Below are positions 1 to 14,737 of a DNA stretch of 64,000 nt, one piece after another. Origin of the DNA: the human T2T-CHM13v2.0 reference genome, Homo sapiens. Under the pieces are notes generated by a model. That model saw only the letters and a program-made list of their open reading frames with translations. It was not told where the DNA came from and did not search any database. The number at the start of each line of letters is the position of its first letter. The stretch's first letter is position 1. The position numbers and the translations under genes are program-made. The DNA is taken from the NCBI RefSeq assembly GCF_009914755.1, contig NC_060925.1. The stretch is one strand, 5' to 3'.

Positions 1-121
1 TTCCTTATCATGTGGGTCTCTCAAAGGTAAAGACTTTGTATCCCACCATATTTGCTGTGCTCAGGAAATATGAGGGGTACAGAGAGCTTTCTGGACATTA
101 ACTATACACTCCATACTCCTG

Positions 122-715
122 TAGTGTCTAATACAGTAGCTGCTAGCTACATGTGGCAACTGAACAGTTGAAATATGGCTAGCGTGAATGAAGATACACT
201 ATAAGTGTAAAATAACCACCAGACCTTAAATTTTTAAATGTAAAAAAACAGATTTTCAGTTTTTTTCTATTTGATTACATATTGAAATGATATTTTGGAT
301 GTATTGGGTTAAATCAGAGTTTCTCAACCTTAGCACTGTTGATTGACATCTAGGCCAGATATTACTTTGTTGTGGGAGGCTGTCTCCCAATGCATTGTAG
401 GATGTTGACCAGCATCCCATCCACTAAATACCACTAATGCCCTCCTAGTTGTGACAATCAGAAATTGCCCAGTGACATTGCCAAGTGACATTTTTAGATA
501 TCAGCAAATGACTCCTGGGGAGCAATATCTCCCCTGGTTAAGAACCACCAGGACAAAAATATATACTATTAAAATTAACATTACTATTTCATTTTACTTT
601 TTTTTTTTTGAGATGGAGTTCATTTTACTTTTTTAAGGTAGTTACTGAAGAACCTAAACTTACACATGTGGCTTGCCTTTGTGGCTTGTATTGTATTTCT
701 ATCGGACAGTGCTAC
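122..715. mobile_element. hAT-Charlie fossil (MER33/MER3-like) interrupted by MER20
   Basis: tagctacatgtggc...gaaatatggctag and tatttctatcggacagtg terminal motifs. Confidence 0.6.
315..549. mobile_element. MER20 (hAT-Charlie)
   Basis: cagagtttctcaacct...gttgtgacaatcagaaa...ttaagaaccac. Confidence 0.75.
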
Positions 716-1524
716 CCTAACCTGTGAGCATCTTGGGATCGAGGTTCATGCCTTTTCATTGCTGCATCACCAACATTGAGAACAGAGCTCCTGGAGACCT
801 TGTAATGGGGACAGAGTCAGTAAGTAATGCTTACAAGTGGGGTTTCTAGGCACTGGCCCATTGAAGATACTCAGGAGCATAGGAACATAGGACAAACACT
901 AGAAAGTCACAGATCAGGCCCACAGGTGATAGATGAACACACTTACAACAAGTCACAGAGTTTGAATAAAAGTAAATTCTAGTAATTGTTATGAAATCAC
1001 AGGCTGTCCCTAATAGCATATATACCACTGGATAGAGACCATTTCAGGACCCCATGTTGTCTTTTAACTGAGAAAAGCTTTACTGGAGTCAAAACCAGTT
1101 TTTTCTTTAATGTATCATTTGAGGGCATCACATCTCCATCAGCACACAGGTCCCCAGGTCCCTTTGCCACTACTTTTTCTACTTTTCAGTCTGTTCTTTC
1201 CTTTTTTGCTATTCTTAAATCACCCAACATACCTTTCCATTCACCCAGGTGCTTCCAACCTTTTCCACTGTGGTCACGTCTCCCAGGTCATGAACTCTTT
1301 ACTCATATCCCAACCCTCCACCTCCAGCTCTTTCTAAAATTGGTCCCTTCCTGGTTCTTCTCCTGATAGACCTTAACTTAGGTGCATAGTTTACGACTAA
1401 GGACAGTCTCTAAGACCAGGTATCTCTCATTTCCTCTATAAGGCTCAGGGCTCCTGTCACATACCCTACCTCCATATCCCCATGAAGGAAAAAGAATTTT
1501 TGCCATGTCATTTTATCTATTAGG

Positions 1525-1920
1525 TTCCCTTTGACTGAAAGTAACAGAGAGCTCCAACTCCAAATGGCCTATAAATAAGAGGTGGCCAGCACCACGGTTA
1601 ACTTGGCAACTCAGTGAAATAACCAAGGACCTAAATGCTTTTTATCTTTTGTCTGATCATTCTTAATGTATCCACTTTGCCCTTAGGATTTTTCCCTTCA
1701 TAGTCCCAAAATATCTGCAGCAGTTCCAGGGGGCCCATTCAGAGATAATGTCAAGAAGCAGAAAGGGAACTCTCTTCTCCCTGGGTCTCCGTGGAAGAGT
1801 GGGACAACATTTCTCATAAGCCCTCAGCATAGTGATCACATCTCATGGGCCAGAACTGCATCATGTATCTATATCTAAACAATAACTGGCAATACAAATG
1901 GGACCACTTTGATTAGCTTA
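1525..1920. mobile_element. Old MLT1-type (ERVL-MaLR) LTR remnant
   Basis: Resembles the 13210-13760 element; gtaacaga..ccaactccaaatggc..aataag start. Confidence 0.4.
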
Positions 1921-1923
1921 GGC

Positions 1924-2104
1924 CAGTGATGCTCAAAACATGGTCCTCAGACCGGCAGTATCCGCATCACCTAGGAAGTTAGAAATACAAATTCTCTGAC
2001 TCCATCTCGATCTACTAACTCAGACATTACTGGTGGGTCCCAGTAATTGTTGGTTGATTCCAAGGTGATTGATTCCAAGGCACATTAAAGTTGGGGAACC
2101 ACTG
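1924..2104. mobile_element. MER5A
   Basis: cagtgatgctcaaa...gcatcacctaggaag ttagaaat...gaaccactg. Confidence 0.7.
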
Positions 2105-4764
2105 GGTTAAACCAATCAAGACCTGCTTGTGGGTGAAAGCCTGCCTCCCTTGAAACATGTGGTCATGATAAAGGAGGGTGGATGAACAACACAGGGGTTC
2201 TTTTATGAAGGAGAAAGGAGTGATGGAAAAATAGGTGTTGAATAGATAGCCAACATTATCTGTTAGAATCACCATGTAATTTTTCCCTTTTTTAAGACAC
2301 AGCCTTCTGGTATTACAAGCTTTTTTGAACATATTCAGTAACCAATAACTGGCAAGGATATTTTCAAAGAACATTTTTGATATGCTTAGAAATAGTTACT
2401 ATTTCTATACAACATCCAACAAAAACAACAACTCTTCAGCAACGCACACACAGTCTTTAAAATTATTTCCCATAACGGGTTTTATGTTATCCTCAGGACA
2501 ATTCTGTACAGTAGAAAGAATAGTTATTATTTTTATTTTCATTTTAGTGGTGGGAACACTGAAGCTCAGAAAGGGCAGAATCACACAGCTCAAGGCCAGG
2601 ATTCACTTCACAGGTCTTCCAGCTGCAGATCTTCTGGAACATCCTCCAACAGAGCTCTGTGGGGGGTGACCTCCTGCAAAAAAGTCTTATATGGAGAAAG
2701 CTACAAATGTTTCAATGACTTTCATCTGCATGGCCTTCTCTAATGCAAGACATTGGAATTCCAACTACAAGAAAATCTTACAGCTAGAACAAATGGCACA
2801 GATTTCCCCACCACTGTTAATTGTACAACAGAGGGATTTTGCATGCTGCTGCCCAAGAAAATAAAAAAGCATTTTTATTTCCCACTATAGCTTTAATGAA
2901 TTAACTAAAGTTGAGCAAAAGAGATGATACCTTGATCACATTGAAATTACCCAAGATGTTTTTCTCTAGAAAATCCAAAAGATTTTTAATTCTACTTTTG
3001 TGAGCTAGAGATACGGGTGTTTTTAAAATTCTAAATAGGAAAAAAAAGAGAAAAGTGGAAAAAGCAGGTACATTACACATTAAAATAAATGTCAACAATG
3101 ACCTTTCAGCCAGAGGACCCAGGCTGTTGTGTTCTTAAAGAGCCATCAGACCAGGAGCTCAACCCTCAAAGATCACCTGGGAATCCTGGAACAACAGAAC
3201 CCAAGAGACAGGGCCGACACATTTCTCAACCTCAGAAGCTCCAATCCCCTTGTATTCTATCCATTCTGCAGGCCTGCCAGGAATGCCCTTCAGATCCTGG
3301 GAGCACTTTTTACTAGAGCAGTACTGCCTAAGATGGAAATTCTATGAGCCTCCCAACCTCTATCCCAGCCTGGGTCCACCCTGTGAGATTCTGGGGCCCA
3401 GGAAACAGAGGATGTCATATAACAGGAGATTTTCAGAAGAAAACAATTTTCAATGAGACGAATATGTCAGCAGATTTCAATGGAAATCCTGAATAAAGGA
3501 CAAGGGCAACATTATCCTAATGTTCTTGCCCTAGGGCTTTCCAAGATAAACAATCATTTCCAGATTCTCTACTCCTGGCCCTGCTGCTGATTTGCTACTT
3601 TTCTTCCTTTTATGGACTCAGTTTACCCAAAATGCTGATCTCTGAGCCCTGAGGTTGTATGATTCTGTGCTGGACCAGCTCTCCAGGTATAGGTTCCAGC
3701 ATCTCTCCAACATGCTTAGCCTAGATCTAATGCTGATCACCAAGATGCTGTCACCCAGGATCACTTTCTTTTTGATAAAGAGATGTCCCTACTCCAGTTC
3801 CACTGGATCCTGGCACATCTGCCAGGTCCTGTCCCTGACCAAAGTCATACATCTTCCTGTGAGAACCCAGGTGGAGGAGAGCACATTCCCATCTCAGCCC
3901 TGCAGGAGCACGGGAGTTCAAAGCCCGGGGAAGAGCTCCGCCTAAGCTGGGTTCATGAATGCTTTATTATTGTTCTGCTGAACAGTTACCCCCATGCCAG
4001 GCAAGTCAGAACAAGACTTCTAAGCTATGGTGATGGATGTTTGCAGGGAACCCGTGGGAGTTATTAATATTCATGTTCCCATCACACTTTTGCAAGTAAT
4101 GGAAGCTTGTTTTCTGTAACACATCGTTAGGTGAGGAAGACAAGTGACCTCCTAGAGTTTTGAAGCACAAAGTGTGGTCACCCAAGACCCAAAAGGGACT
4201 GAGGGAGGAGTAGACAAGGTGAGAGGGTTGAAGGTGTCATATTTTCTCCTTGTGGAGGCTCGCAAAAGATCCTTTCAACCCCTACAAAGTGAGCAGTTGT
4301 GGAGCCTGGGAGCTGTTCACTGTCTCTCCCCTCTCACTGAGGACAGCAGGACTCAAAATGGGATGTCTGAGACCACAGGTTTGAGAGAGGGGAGTGGGGA
4401 ATTTGGATGCCTGAGTTGAGCCGTCTTGCCTACCATAGAACACTGGAGGGACCTGCAGACCCAGGACCAAAATGTCAAGTAGTCATGTGGGCCAGAGCAA
4501 GAGCTCACCCACTGCCACTTTGAGCTTAGGGGAGACCAGATCCAGAGCAGCAAAGGATTGGAGGGAGGGAGGGTAAATATGTACAGCAGCTAAAAGAGCC
4601 AGTCAATGGGGTGTGGGCAGGACAGCAATGATTTCAAACAGGCCTATTGAAGCTGCCATTTCCCCTCCCTGCTCTAAGGAATAAAGTGCCCAGCCAAAAC
4701 AGAAGCTGCTTTCACACACCCCAACACTGATCGCACTGTATTGCGTCTAGGTGTGTAGGCTTCC

Positions 4765-5345
4765 TGCCTCTGTGCGTGTTTCCTCATCCACAAAATGGGC
4801 ATAAGAGTAACATCTCATTTTGTTGTGAAAGAGTTAATATACATAAACATGCTTAGAACAGCACCTGGCATGCAGTACACCCCATTAAATGTGAGCTATC
4901 ATTACAACTACTATGAGTATTACATGTGTCTATTTTCCTCCATAGACTGAGTTCTCTAGAAGCAGGAACTGTGTCTTATTATATTTGGTACCCCAAAGCC
5001 CAGCACTGTGCCAGACACAATTTGGCTGCATAATAAATACCTAATAAATCAATAACTCGATGAATAAGTATACATTCTCTACTCCTACCATCCTCAGGCT
5101 ACACGGAGTCATTTCTTCCTAACAGCATCAGGTCATTAATTCCTTTGACAAATATTTTTTGATCACCTGCTCTGGGCCAGGTACTGTTTTGAGTGCTCAA
5201 GGAGCGGGGGAGGCTCAGTTATAAATAGAGTGGAGAGGGACAACCTGCCTAAAAAGGTGATATTTCCAGGAAGCCCAAAGAAGTGATGGAGCCAGCCACG
5301 TGGCCGTAGGGAGAAGAGCCTTCCAGTTAGAGGAAAGAGAAAGTG
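4765..5345. mobile_element. MIR and L2 fragments
   Basis: gtttcctcatccacaaaatggg; cagcacctggca; gccaggtactgtt motifs. Confidence 0.55.
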
Positions 5346-6512
5346 CCAGATTCAGCTTGTTTTTACTACAGCACCTCGGGGGCATCTGTCACAGCCATAC
5401 TGAAATGGCGAGCGTTTCCTTCAGCACCTGGGTGGTAGAAGTCACTTGAGGGTGCATTCTTCCACAGAATCAAAGCAGTCAAAGAGCACCAGCCCTTCAT
5501 TAACTAAGCTGTGTCTATAGGATGAAACTGGGTTTCTCAGCCTGATAAGGAATAACACTTATGAAAATTCCAGATCTGTTTCTGTCTATGTATCACAAAC
5601 CTCTTTTTTCCGTGGGCATATCAATTAAATGAGATATCTGGAAAATGCCTAGCCTATCACCTGGCACATCATAACTGTTTTTAATGGTTATTACTGTGAT
5701 TTCAGTCTTCCCCCTTCACTTTCCCCAAACCCCACCCTTCCAAAATGCTACAGAGGAGGAAAAATACTGGAGGGGCTTTTATGCTGTCACTATTTGGGGA
5801 GCATGGGTGGAGATGGGGAGGAAAGAGACAACTGGCTGTTAATGTGTATGTTCTGCACCAGACTGTGAGCAGCTTCAGAGTCACAATCTCCAGCTCTGTG
5901 ACTATGCACACTGCCCAGCAGAGCACTTGGCACATTGTAGATATTCAGTAAATGGTTGATGAAGGAATAAATGAAAAATAAAGTAGAGTACCATACACTG
6001 GAGCATGATGCTGTATTGTGCTCGCTTCCAGGAGCCCTGCCATGCCTCTCAGCCAGCAGGAGCTGGTGACACCCAGGGAGAGAGGCTTGACCCAGACCTC
6101 ACATCTCAGAAGCTGAACTCTCCTACTGTTTCTTGAGCACACTCCCTCAAATGCCACCTGGTGCTTTAGGTTGCCTGTGAGTGGCAGCCCACAAAGGGGC
6201 TTTGGGTGATTTTCCTGCAGTTTAGCTTTGTTGGCATTTAGATCAATCATCCCTTTCTGTAATATTAAACTTTAGCTCAGTGTTCTCAGAGAAGATATAA
6301 ATGATTAAACAAAGGAAAGCAACTCTGGCTTCAGATCAGATGGTAATTAGCATCACCTAGCACTGAGACAAGTCCCTTCATGTGGTCCATGTGTCAGCAT
6401 AAGGAGTTGAGGATTTGGCAACGATGCTCAAGTTCTGACTGATATTAATCTCAGTTGTGCCTGGACCCCAAAACGACTAATGGAAACAATTCAGGCATTC
6501 ACCATCACTGCA

Positions 6513-6576
6513 AGAGGGAGGGAAGGGAAAAGAAGGGGAGGGGAGGGGAGGGGAGGGGAGGGGAAGGAAAGAAAAA
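6513..6576 (+). repeat. Homopurine (GGGGA)n tract
   Basis: Direct reading. Confidence 0.85.
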
Positions 6577-6830
6577 GTAAATTTTGGTGTAAGAACAAAG
6601 AGAATTTTCACTGACTGCCCATCTTCTGTGTGCCATGTATGGTACATATGATCCATGGTATTCTATGTACCATGTAGGGTACATGGTAACATATGATTTC
6701 ATTTTAATTTGTACATCATGAAGTAGGTGCTACACTATCTGTTTTGCAGATGATGAAATCACTGTTCAAAGAAGTTAAGTGACTACCAAAACACAAGCAG
6801 CAAGCAGAGGAGCTGAAATTGGAACCTGGG

Positions 6831-7197
6831 TGATATAGTTTGGCTGTGTCTCCACCCAAATCTCCTGTTGAATTGTAACTCCCACAATTCCCACATGTTG
6901 TGGGAGAAACCTGGTGGGAGGTAATTGAATCATGGGGGCTGGTCTTTCCTGTGCTGTTCGCGTGATAGTGAATAAGTCTCACAAGATCTGATGGTTTTAA
7001 AAAAAGGAGTTTCCCTGCACAAGTTCTCTCTCTCTTTGCCTGCCACCATCCATGTAAGATTTGACTTGCTCTGCCTTGCCTTCTACCATGATTGTGAGGC
7101 TTCCCCAGCCACATGGAACTGTGTAGATCCATTAAACCTCTTCTTCTTCCCAGTCTTGGGTATGTCTTTATCAACAGTGTGAAAACAGAGTAATACA
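6831..7197 (+). mobile_element. THE1 solo LTR (ERVL-MaLR) inserted in a MIR
   Basis: TGATATAGTTTGGCTGTGTC...AATACA ends, attaaacc signal, 5-bp TSD ctggg/ctgag. Confidence 0.88.
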
Positions 7198-8847
7198 CTG
7201 AGTCTGCTTCATACTAAGCTGCCTCTTCTCAGAAGATGGCACGGGACCCTGCTGGTGGCCACAGAGTCCATGCCAAACGGCTCCATGGGCAATGAGCAAC
7301 AGTGCCCTGGGAAAAGCTTAACTGTGGGCTATGCCCTTGGAATGAGTACACCGAGAGGGAGGAAGGAATCTTTACACATTTCAATGGCATCAAAATGTTC
7401 TTTACTGTGGAAAGAGGAACAAGGACTTTCTTTATAGCAAATTGAGTGAAAGTCATGTAGTCCTAGAGCAGTTTCTCAATTTTTTTTTCACTATGGTCCC
7501 CCTAAAGCAGCCTTTTTAGATACTATTTTCCTAATCATGAAATTTTAATACCACATATATACTGTACATTATATATATATGGATATATATGGATATATCT
7601 GTGCTTTATACATAAAAAGAATAAGATTTTTTGCTGCCCTTCCCTCCCTACACCCCAGAAAGCATGAACTTGGGTCCCACTGAAAACGCACGTCCTACAG
7701 CAAGTCAGGGTCAGCAGTTCTTTCATTCATTCCACAGAATTTGCTGTGGGCTTCAGACCAGAGCACCTCACAGTCATTTTCCCTCCTGAAAAGTGGTGGG
7801 ACTTACTCTAAATTGTCTCATCAAAGAGAAGGGGAAGCTCAATTGAAGTCAAGAAACACAGGAAGCTAGGAGTGAGGTAGAGTAAAAGTAGCCTTATTTG
7901 TGGCAGAGGGTCTGCAGGATGGGACTCCAGCTGAAGCTGGCTCAACCCATTCAAGTCTGGCAGGACCCCACCTCCACATTAGTGTCCATAATGCCCCTAC
8001 CCTAAGGTACAGGACTCCCAGGAAGGTAGGCCTTGCATGCCCCTGCAAGAGCATGCTGAGGCATGGCCACACTCACGTCAAAAAACCCAGGGAATTAGGA
8101 CAGGGAGGATCCTCAATTCTCCCTAACTAACCTTCCTATTTTACAAAGAGGAAAGTGGAGTACAGAGGGAAGTGACTCAGCCAACAACAGAGTGGCCTTG
8201 TTAATGGCAAATGGACAAGAAGGCAGGTCCTGATACCCTCTCAAGAGTGTTCGGTCAAATCTAGCCCTGGCGTATCTCAGCAAAAGATGCTGATCAAGAT
8301 CCAGCCCAATGCCCTGCTCAAAACAGGCTCCACAGCAGGTTAGAAACATGCAGAAGTTTTCCCAACCACACATGTGGCAATAACAAATGGCTTGCAGCAG
8401 TAGTGCCTGAGATGCCTGGGCCCAGGAAAAGTGAGGCAGAGAGACAACCTTGCAAATCAACACCAACATACTCGACTCCATTCAGGAAGCTTGCACTGGT
8501 GTTGCTCACAAAACAGCAAGAAGAAGCACCCACAGTAGTCGGAGGCGTTATTTGGGGAACATTGATGTCTGAAGCAGCTCGTTTGCATTCTTAGAACCAG
8601 ATAAGCTACAAGAAGACTTATCCTTCAAGCCACAACTGTAATACCACCTCTTCCAGGAAGCTCTCACCAACTCTTCCCTCCATTCAATCAGAAGTAAACC
8701 CTCCCACCTCTCAAAACATTCAAGTTTTATCATTTTTGTGGCACTATACTGCCTTGTATCATAATCACTATTGCATTCACTTTTGCTTATGGTGTGTCTC
8801 CCTTTCTAGATTATAATCTATATTTTAGATGTAGATATAGAGCTAGA

Positions 8848-9256
<409 letters not shown>

Positions 9257-9884
9257 TTACATTCCCTTTCAATGTCTAGAAGTGGTCTTTGCCCCCAACA
9301 TATACTTAGTAAGTATTTGTTGACTGAATACTCTTATGTAAAATCTATCAGGGGCAATAAAAAATTACAAATGATTCAACAAAATAGAATTCAAAGAAGA
9401 GAAGCCTTAAAGCATTGGTTTTTTTTCCTAATTCCAAAAGCAAATCCTCCTCTTGGAATTCAGAAAGTGACAAGAGTTGTTGACACAGGAATATGGGGGA
9501 AGAGGGAGTTACATTAATCAGGGATCAAAACAAAAATCTTTATTTTCCCAAGAGTCCCTTGGCCTCTGCCAGATGCTTTTTAGGAGGAAGAGATTTCACT
9601 TTTCAGGGATGATCCCCATAGAAATGGGGGTGAAATTCAGTTGAAAAGGTAAATAAAAATAAAAGAGTTAAAAGAACACCATCAAAAGGCACATAGAACT
9701 CCCAAGTCAGAGTTCTAATTGGTCAGGCAAAATAGGATTGTGAATAGAGCAGAAGGCTGCACTGCAAAAGACCCTCAAACTGCCAACAGAAATCTGAAAT
9801 CCTGAACAATGAACACCAGGCAGGTTTGGAAGAAAATGCTACTTCAAAGATTCCTAGTAAGACCTTTTTACCCATCTGGAGAGA

Positions 9885-9908
9885 CCACACACACACACAC
9901 ACACACAC
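9885..9908 (+). repeat. (CA)n microsatellite
   Basis: Direct reading. Confidence 0.9.
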
Positions 9909-11699
9909 TCACGCTTATGCACATAACTGATGAGAATGTTCCCAGGCCTTGGTAACCTTCCAACAACCATTGTTGCCAACTGCTGTGCCCTTTGGTCCCA
10001 AACCACCTGCCTGGTGCAACACAAGCCAGAAATTCCAGCTGAGCATCCCAGGACCATCAAAGTTTACACTAGCCAGGTGACTTCCAAGCCTGAGGGAACA
10101 GCCAGCTCAAACGTTTCACTCGGGATCACACCAAAAAGCAGCTGCCTGAATAACAGGACCATAACCAGCTCCACTAAGATTTCCCCTCTGGATAAGAAGG
10201 GTCACTGGTGCAGCCAGGATATGCGCCGTGAGGCAGGAAGAAATATTCAGGTAAAAGAAGCAGAGAATGTGATAGTCTATGTATTTCTTTCCGGGGAATT
10301 TCAAACCTTCTTGGACACAAAGACCTAGACATGACCACTGACATAGCTTCTCTTTGCCCCTCTACAGCTATCCTAAATCATAAAATAGCTAGAACTTATC
10401 CAAGATCACGCAACTCTGGAACTCTCACTCTTAAGCATATACTATACCATGTCTTGTGTTAAGATCCCAGGGAAATCCTCGTAGTTTGTATCTCACATGC
10501 TCTCACTGACACAGAGTAACCCCTCAATCTCTCCACTGGGATATATGCATGTTCCTGAGTATTTATCCAATTCAGTAAGTTAAATGAAGCCTTATTCAGC
10601 ACGTGCTAGGTGAAAATCAGGACTAGATGCAGGGCCAGCTCCATCTGGTGGCAGGAGTCAGGGCTCTCCTCGTTGCAGCTCACCCCCAAGGAGAAGGTGC
10701 TTGGGGACCCACTGGCCATAATGCTGGGTGGGATGTTCTGTGCAATGAGCAAGAAGTTAAATCTTCTTGCATCCTTGATCTGCTCTCTGCCTGCCTTGTT
10801 TAGTCACTGCCTTCCTTTCCAGATCATGTCCTCATATTTGGTTAGTGTGGTAAATTAAGCCTTCAGCTCCCTACCAACCCCCACATCCCAATGCCTCAGG
10901 GTTATAATTTAGGCCAGCTGTGCTCTAGTCTATACTTCCCTAGACCATCTCCCCATTAGATTCAGCTGTCCTCATCCTTCCTACCACCAGAGTGATCAAA
11001 ACCTGAGGATGGGCCTCAGACAAAAAGACAAAGGAAGCCAGATTTTAGTCCAGTTCTTGAACTCCTCAGGATGCAAAGAGAATGCTGTGACACATACATG
11101 GTGAAGCCAGCTCGTCCAGGCTATGAGTTCTATGTGGGGCTTTTAGCCAATACTCTGTAGTAATAAATAGCATGCAATTGTCTGACCTTGTCTTCATGCA
11201 TTTTCACCTCAAAACCAGTAGTGGTGAACTGGGACTGAGTGAGGAGTCTGGTTTTCAGGATCTCACCCATGTCCATCTCCATGTTAAAGATACAAAGATC
11301 AACGACCCATGGTCCTTCCCTTCCTTCGAGGAGCATACAATCTAGTGGAGACATAGATTTCTGACAAGTAGTCAGAAAAAAGGTAGTCTGTGCCCTGGGA
11401 ACACAAAAGAGGTCATGATGGATGTCAGTGAAAACATTAGAAGAGGTTTTACAGGCCTTGAAGGATGAATCGGATTCTGATGGCAAGGAAGGGAAGTGCA
11501 GTCCAGGTCAAGGGAACACGTGAGTAGAGACTATGACGCATGAAAGGGTGTGCAGTTTCGACTCAGACGGATATCAATGGTTGACACACTGGGTGCAGGA
11601 AAGGCTCCATGTTACATGACTCGGCTTTTGTCCTTTAACAAGTAAGCAGATACTATAGGTTTGGAGTATTTATTTTCTGAAAACTTCCCTACCTCTCCC

Positions 11700-12995
11700 T
11701 TGAACTCTGGACTAGCAAATCCAGCTCATGGGCTTGGCATGCCTGTACTTGTCGTGGTCACACATATCTCAAACTTAATGTGTCCAAACCAAACTCTTCC
11801 TTTTCTCTCCAAATCTACTCTTCTTGAAGTCTTCCCCACCTTTCTGCTGCTTGAGCCAGAAACCTAGGAGTCAGGTTATATTCCTTTCTTTCTGTCACAC
11901 TCCATAGCCAATTCATCAGCAAATTCTAATAGCTTTACCCTGAAAATATATGCTGAATCCAACCACTTTCTACCACCATCCCTATGGTTACCACCTTGGT
12001 CCAATCACTATTATCTATTGCCTGATGTATGTTTGTTTGTTTGTTTGTTTGTTTTTCAGATGGAGTCTTGCTCTGTCACCCAGGCTGAAGTGCAGTGGTG
12101 CGATCTTGGCTCACTGCAGCCTCCGCCTCCTGAGTTCAAGCGATTCTCCTGCCTCAGCCTTCTGAGTAGCTGGGATTACAGGTGGCCACAATCACACCCA
12201 GCTAATTTTTTGTATTTTTAGTAGAGATGGGATTTCACCATGTTGGCCAGGCTGGTCTTGAACTCCTGACCTCGTGATTCACCCGCCTCGGCCTCCCAAA
12301 GTGCTGGGATTACAGGTGTGAGTTACCCTGCCCAGCCTGAGTTATTACAAGAGCTTCTTGTCTGCCACCCAGAGTCTAACCTCTACTCAGAAGCCAGAGT
12401 GATCCTTGAAAAATGTAAGTTAAATCATGTCACAGTCACTTCTCTGCTCAAAACCCTTCAGTGGCTTCCCCTAACTCAGAGTAATGGCCAAAGTCCTTAC
12501 CTTGGCCTCTGTGTCCAACAAGACCTGTCCCTACCATCCTCTCTGAGCTCTTCTCCTACCACTCCCTCCTCCTGCCTCACCCCCACATGCTGGCCTCCTT
12601 GCTCTTACTCATTCACCAAGCATGCTCTGCCTCAGGGCCTTTACACGCGCTGCTCCCTTGGCCTGGCTCGTTGCTCTCAGGTACCTGCACACCTCACTCT
12701 GTCACTCCAGCCAGGGCTCTACTCAATCACCTCCTTGTCAAAGAGACCATTCCCTGACCTTCACATGTGAAAAACAAATTCCTACAGCAATCACTCTTTT
12801 CCCCTTACCTTGCTGTATTTTTCTTTGTAACATTTATTGCCACCTGATGTATTATACTTTGTTTTTCATATATCTCCTTCCACTAGAATGTAAGCTCTAT
12901 GACAGCAAAGACTGTTGTATTCACAGATGTATCTCTGTGACTAGCATGGTGGCTGGCACATAGTAAGTGCTCAATAAATATGTATGGTGAATAAG
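11700..12995 (+). mobile_element. L2 remnant interrupted by an Alu
   Basis: ccactagaatgtaagctc...ctggcacatagtaagtgctcaataaata 3' end; ctgctcaaaacccttcagtggcttccc. Confidence 0.75.
12030..12337 (-). mobile_element. AluS with (TTTG)n tail
   Basis: Full antisense dimer. Confidence 0.92.
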
Positions 12996-13209
12996 CACAG
13001 AAGTATACACAGTGCTATTTTGTAATGTCTAGATCAAGAAGGTGCATGTCTAGAGTCAGAGACACCATCAAAGACCACCAAAGAGGTTCTTATAATGATT
13101 CAAGACAGTCATGGATGAGGTCCAGAGCTAGGGCAGATCCGGGGCTTGCATATGTTTATATACACACTTACGTTATTGGAAGCATAAATAAATAGTGGGT
13201 CTCTGGTCA

Positions 13210-13760
13210 TGTCTAGTAGCTTCAAGTCACAGCAAACCCAACTCAAAGGGACTAGAACATTAACGCAGTTCTTTGTGTCCACCAATAAGCATAGAGAGAA
13301 AGGTTCCAGAGACGGCTAATTTAGCAGCTCACTGATAACACTGTGGACCCAGTTTTTTCCATCTTTCTGTTCAGACATTCTCAGCATTTTTTATTTTGTC
13401 CTCAGACCTGTCCCCTTATGGTCACAAGGCAGCTATGGTGGCTTCAAGCATTACATCCTCAACTAGCAATCCCCATCATCCAGAGACTATTTAAGAGAGA
13501 GCATTCCTTTCCCAGCACCACTTTAAGAGTGAGGGGAGCTCTCCAGAAATCACAGAGCAGATTTCTCCTTCCATACCATTGGCAGAGTTTAATCCCATGC
13601 CCATTCCTAACCAGTGCCTGGCAAGGGAATGGGAAAGCTGTGACAATCTTGGCTTAATCAAGATTTATACAAGGGCTGGGAAGGACCACTGTCCCCTGAA
13701 ACCAGTGTCTTAGGATGCCTGAGCCAAATTAGGGTTCTGTTAGGAAGGAAGAGGGGAAGA
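13210..13760. mobile_element. Old MLT1-type LTR remnant
   Basis: Degenerate MaLR motifs (aattagggttctgttaggaaggaagagggg). Confidence 0.5.
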
Positions 13761-13776
13761 AGAGCTATTGTCTGTT

Positions 13777-14235
13777 TGTGACAGAATGAATAACAGCCTG
13801 GGAGACATCTAGTTCCTCCTCCCTGGGGCCTACAAATGTTGCCTTATGTGGCAAAAGGACTTTACAGATGTGATTGAATCAAGGATCTTGAGATGGGGAG
13901 ATAAACCTGGATTATCCAGGCACAGCCAATGTAATCAAAAGCCTTCTTAAAAGAGGGAAACAGAGGGAAATTTGAAAGGGAAGAGAAGAAGGCCATGTGA
14001 TGAAGGAAGTGGCGATTGGAGTGGTGCGGCCACGAGCCACCAGAAGGTGGAGGAAGCAGGGAACAGTTTCTCCCCTGGAGCCTCCAGTAGGAACCAGCAC
14101 TGCAGACACCTGGATCTTACTCCTGCAGGCCTCATTTCAGACTTCTGGCCTCCAGAACTGTAAGGTGATAAAGGCATGTTGCATGAAATCACTAAGTGTG
14201 GCAATTTGTTACAGCAGCCATAGGAAACTGATACA
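13777..14235 (+). mobile_element. MLT1D-like LTR
   Basis: ggcaaaaggactttacagatgtgatt...tgttacagcagccataggaaactgataca. Confidence 0.8.
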
Positions 14236-14355
14236 GCTGGGGAACCAATGATGTCCATCACAAGTAGAAAAGCATTGGAAAAGGCCTATTAGATATTAGG
14301 AAGACTTTCACTCAACTTTTAATAAACAGGGGCTTTAATAAAAATTCATCACAGC

Positions 14356-14737
14356 ATACTATGCAGCCATAAAAAATGATGAATTCATGTCCTTTGTAGG
14401 GACATGGATGAAATTGGAAATCATCATTCTCAGTAAACTATCACAAGGACAAAAAACCAAACACCGCATGTTCTCACTCATAGGTGGGAATTGAACAATG
14501 AGAACACATGGACACAGGAAGGGGAACGTCACACTCTGGGGACTGTTGTGGGGTGGGGGGAGGGGGGAGGGATAGCATTAGGAGATATACCTAATGCTAA
14601 ATGACGAGTTAATGGGTGCAGCACACCAGCATGGCACATGTGTACATACGTAACTAACCTGCACATTGTGCACATGTACCCTAAAACTTAAAGTATAATA
14701 ATAATAAAATTTTTAAAAAAGTGAAAAAAACAAAAAA
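14356..14737 (+). mobile_element. 5'-truncated young L1 (L1PA3-like) 3' end
   Basis: Near-consensus L1 3'UTR with G-tract and poly(A); perfect 16-bp TSD aaaaattcatcacagc (14340-14355 / 14738-14753). Confidence 0.93.

Noticed and set aside
6716-7198. 160-aa ORF
   Set aside because: Antisense reading of the THE1 LTR and MIR
9930-10328. 132-aa ORF with a possible donor cag|gtaaaa at 10250
   Set aside because: No recognisable homology or partner exons; cannot support a gene or lncRNA from sequence alone
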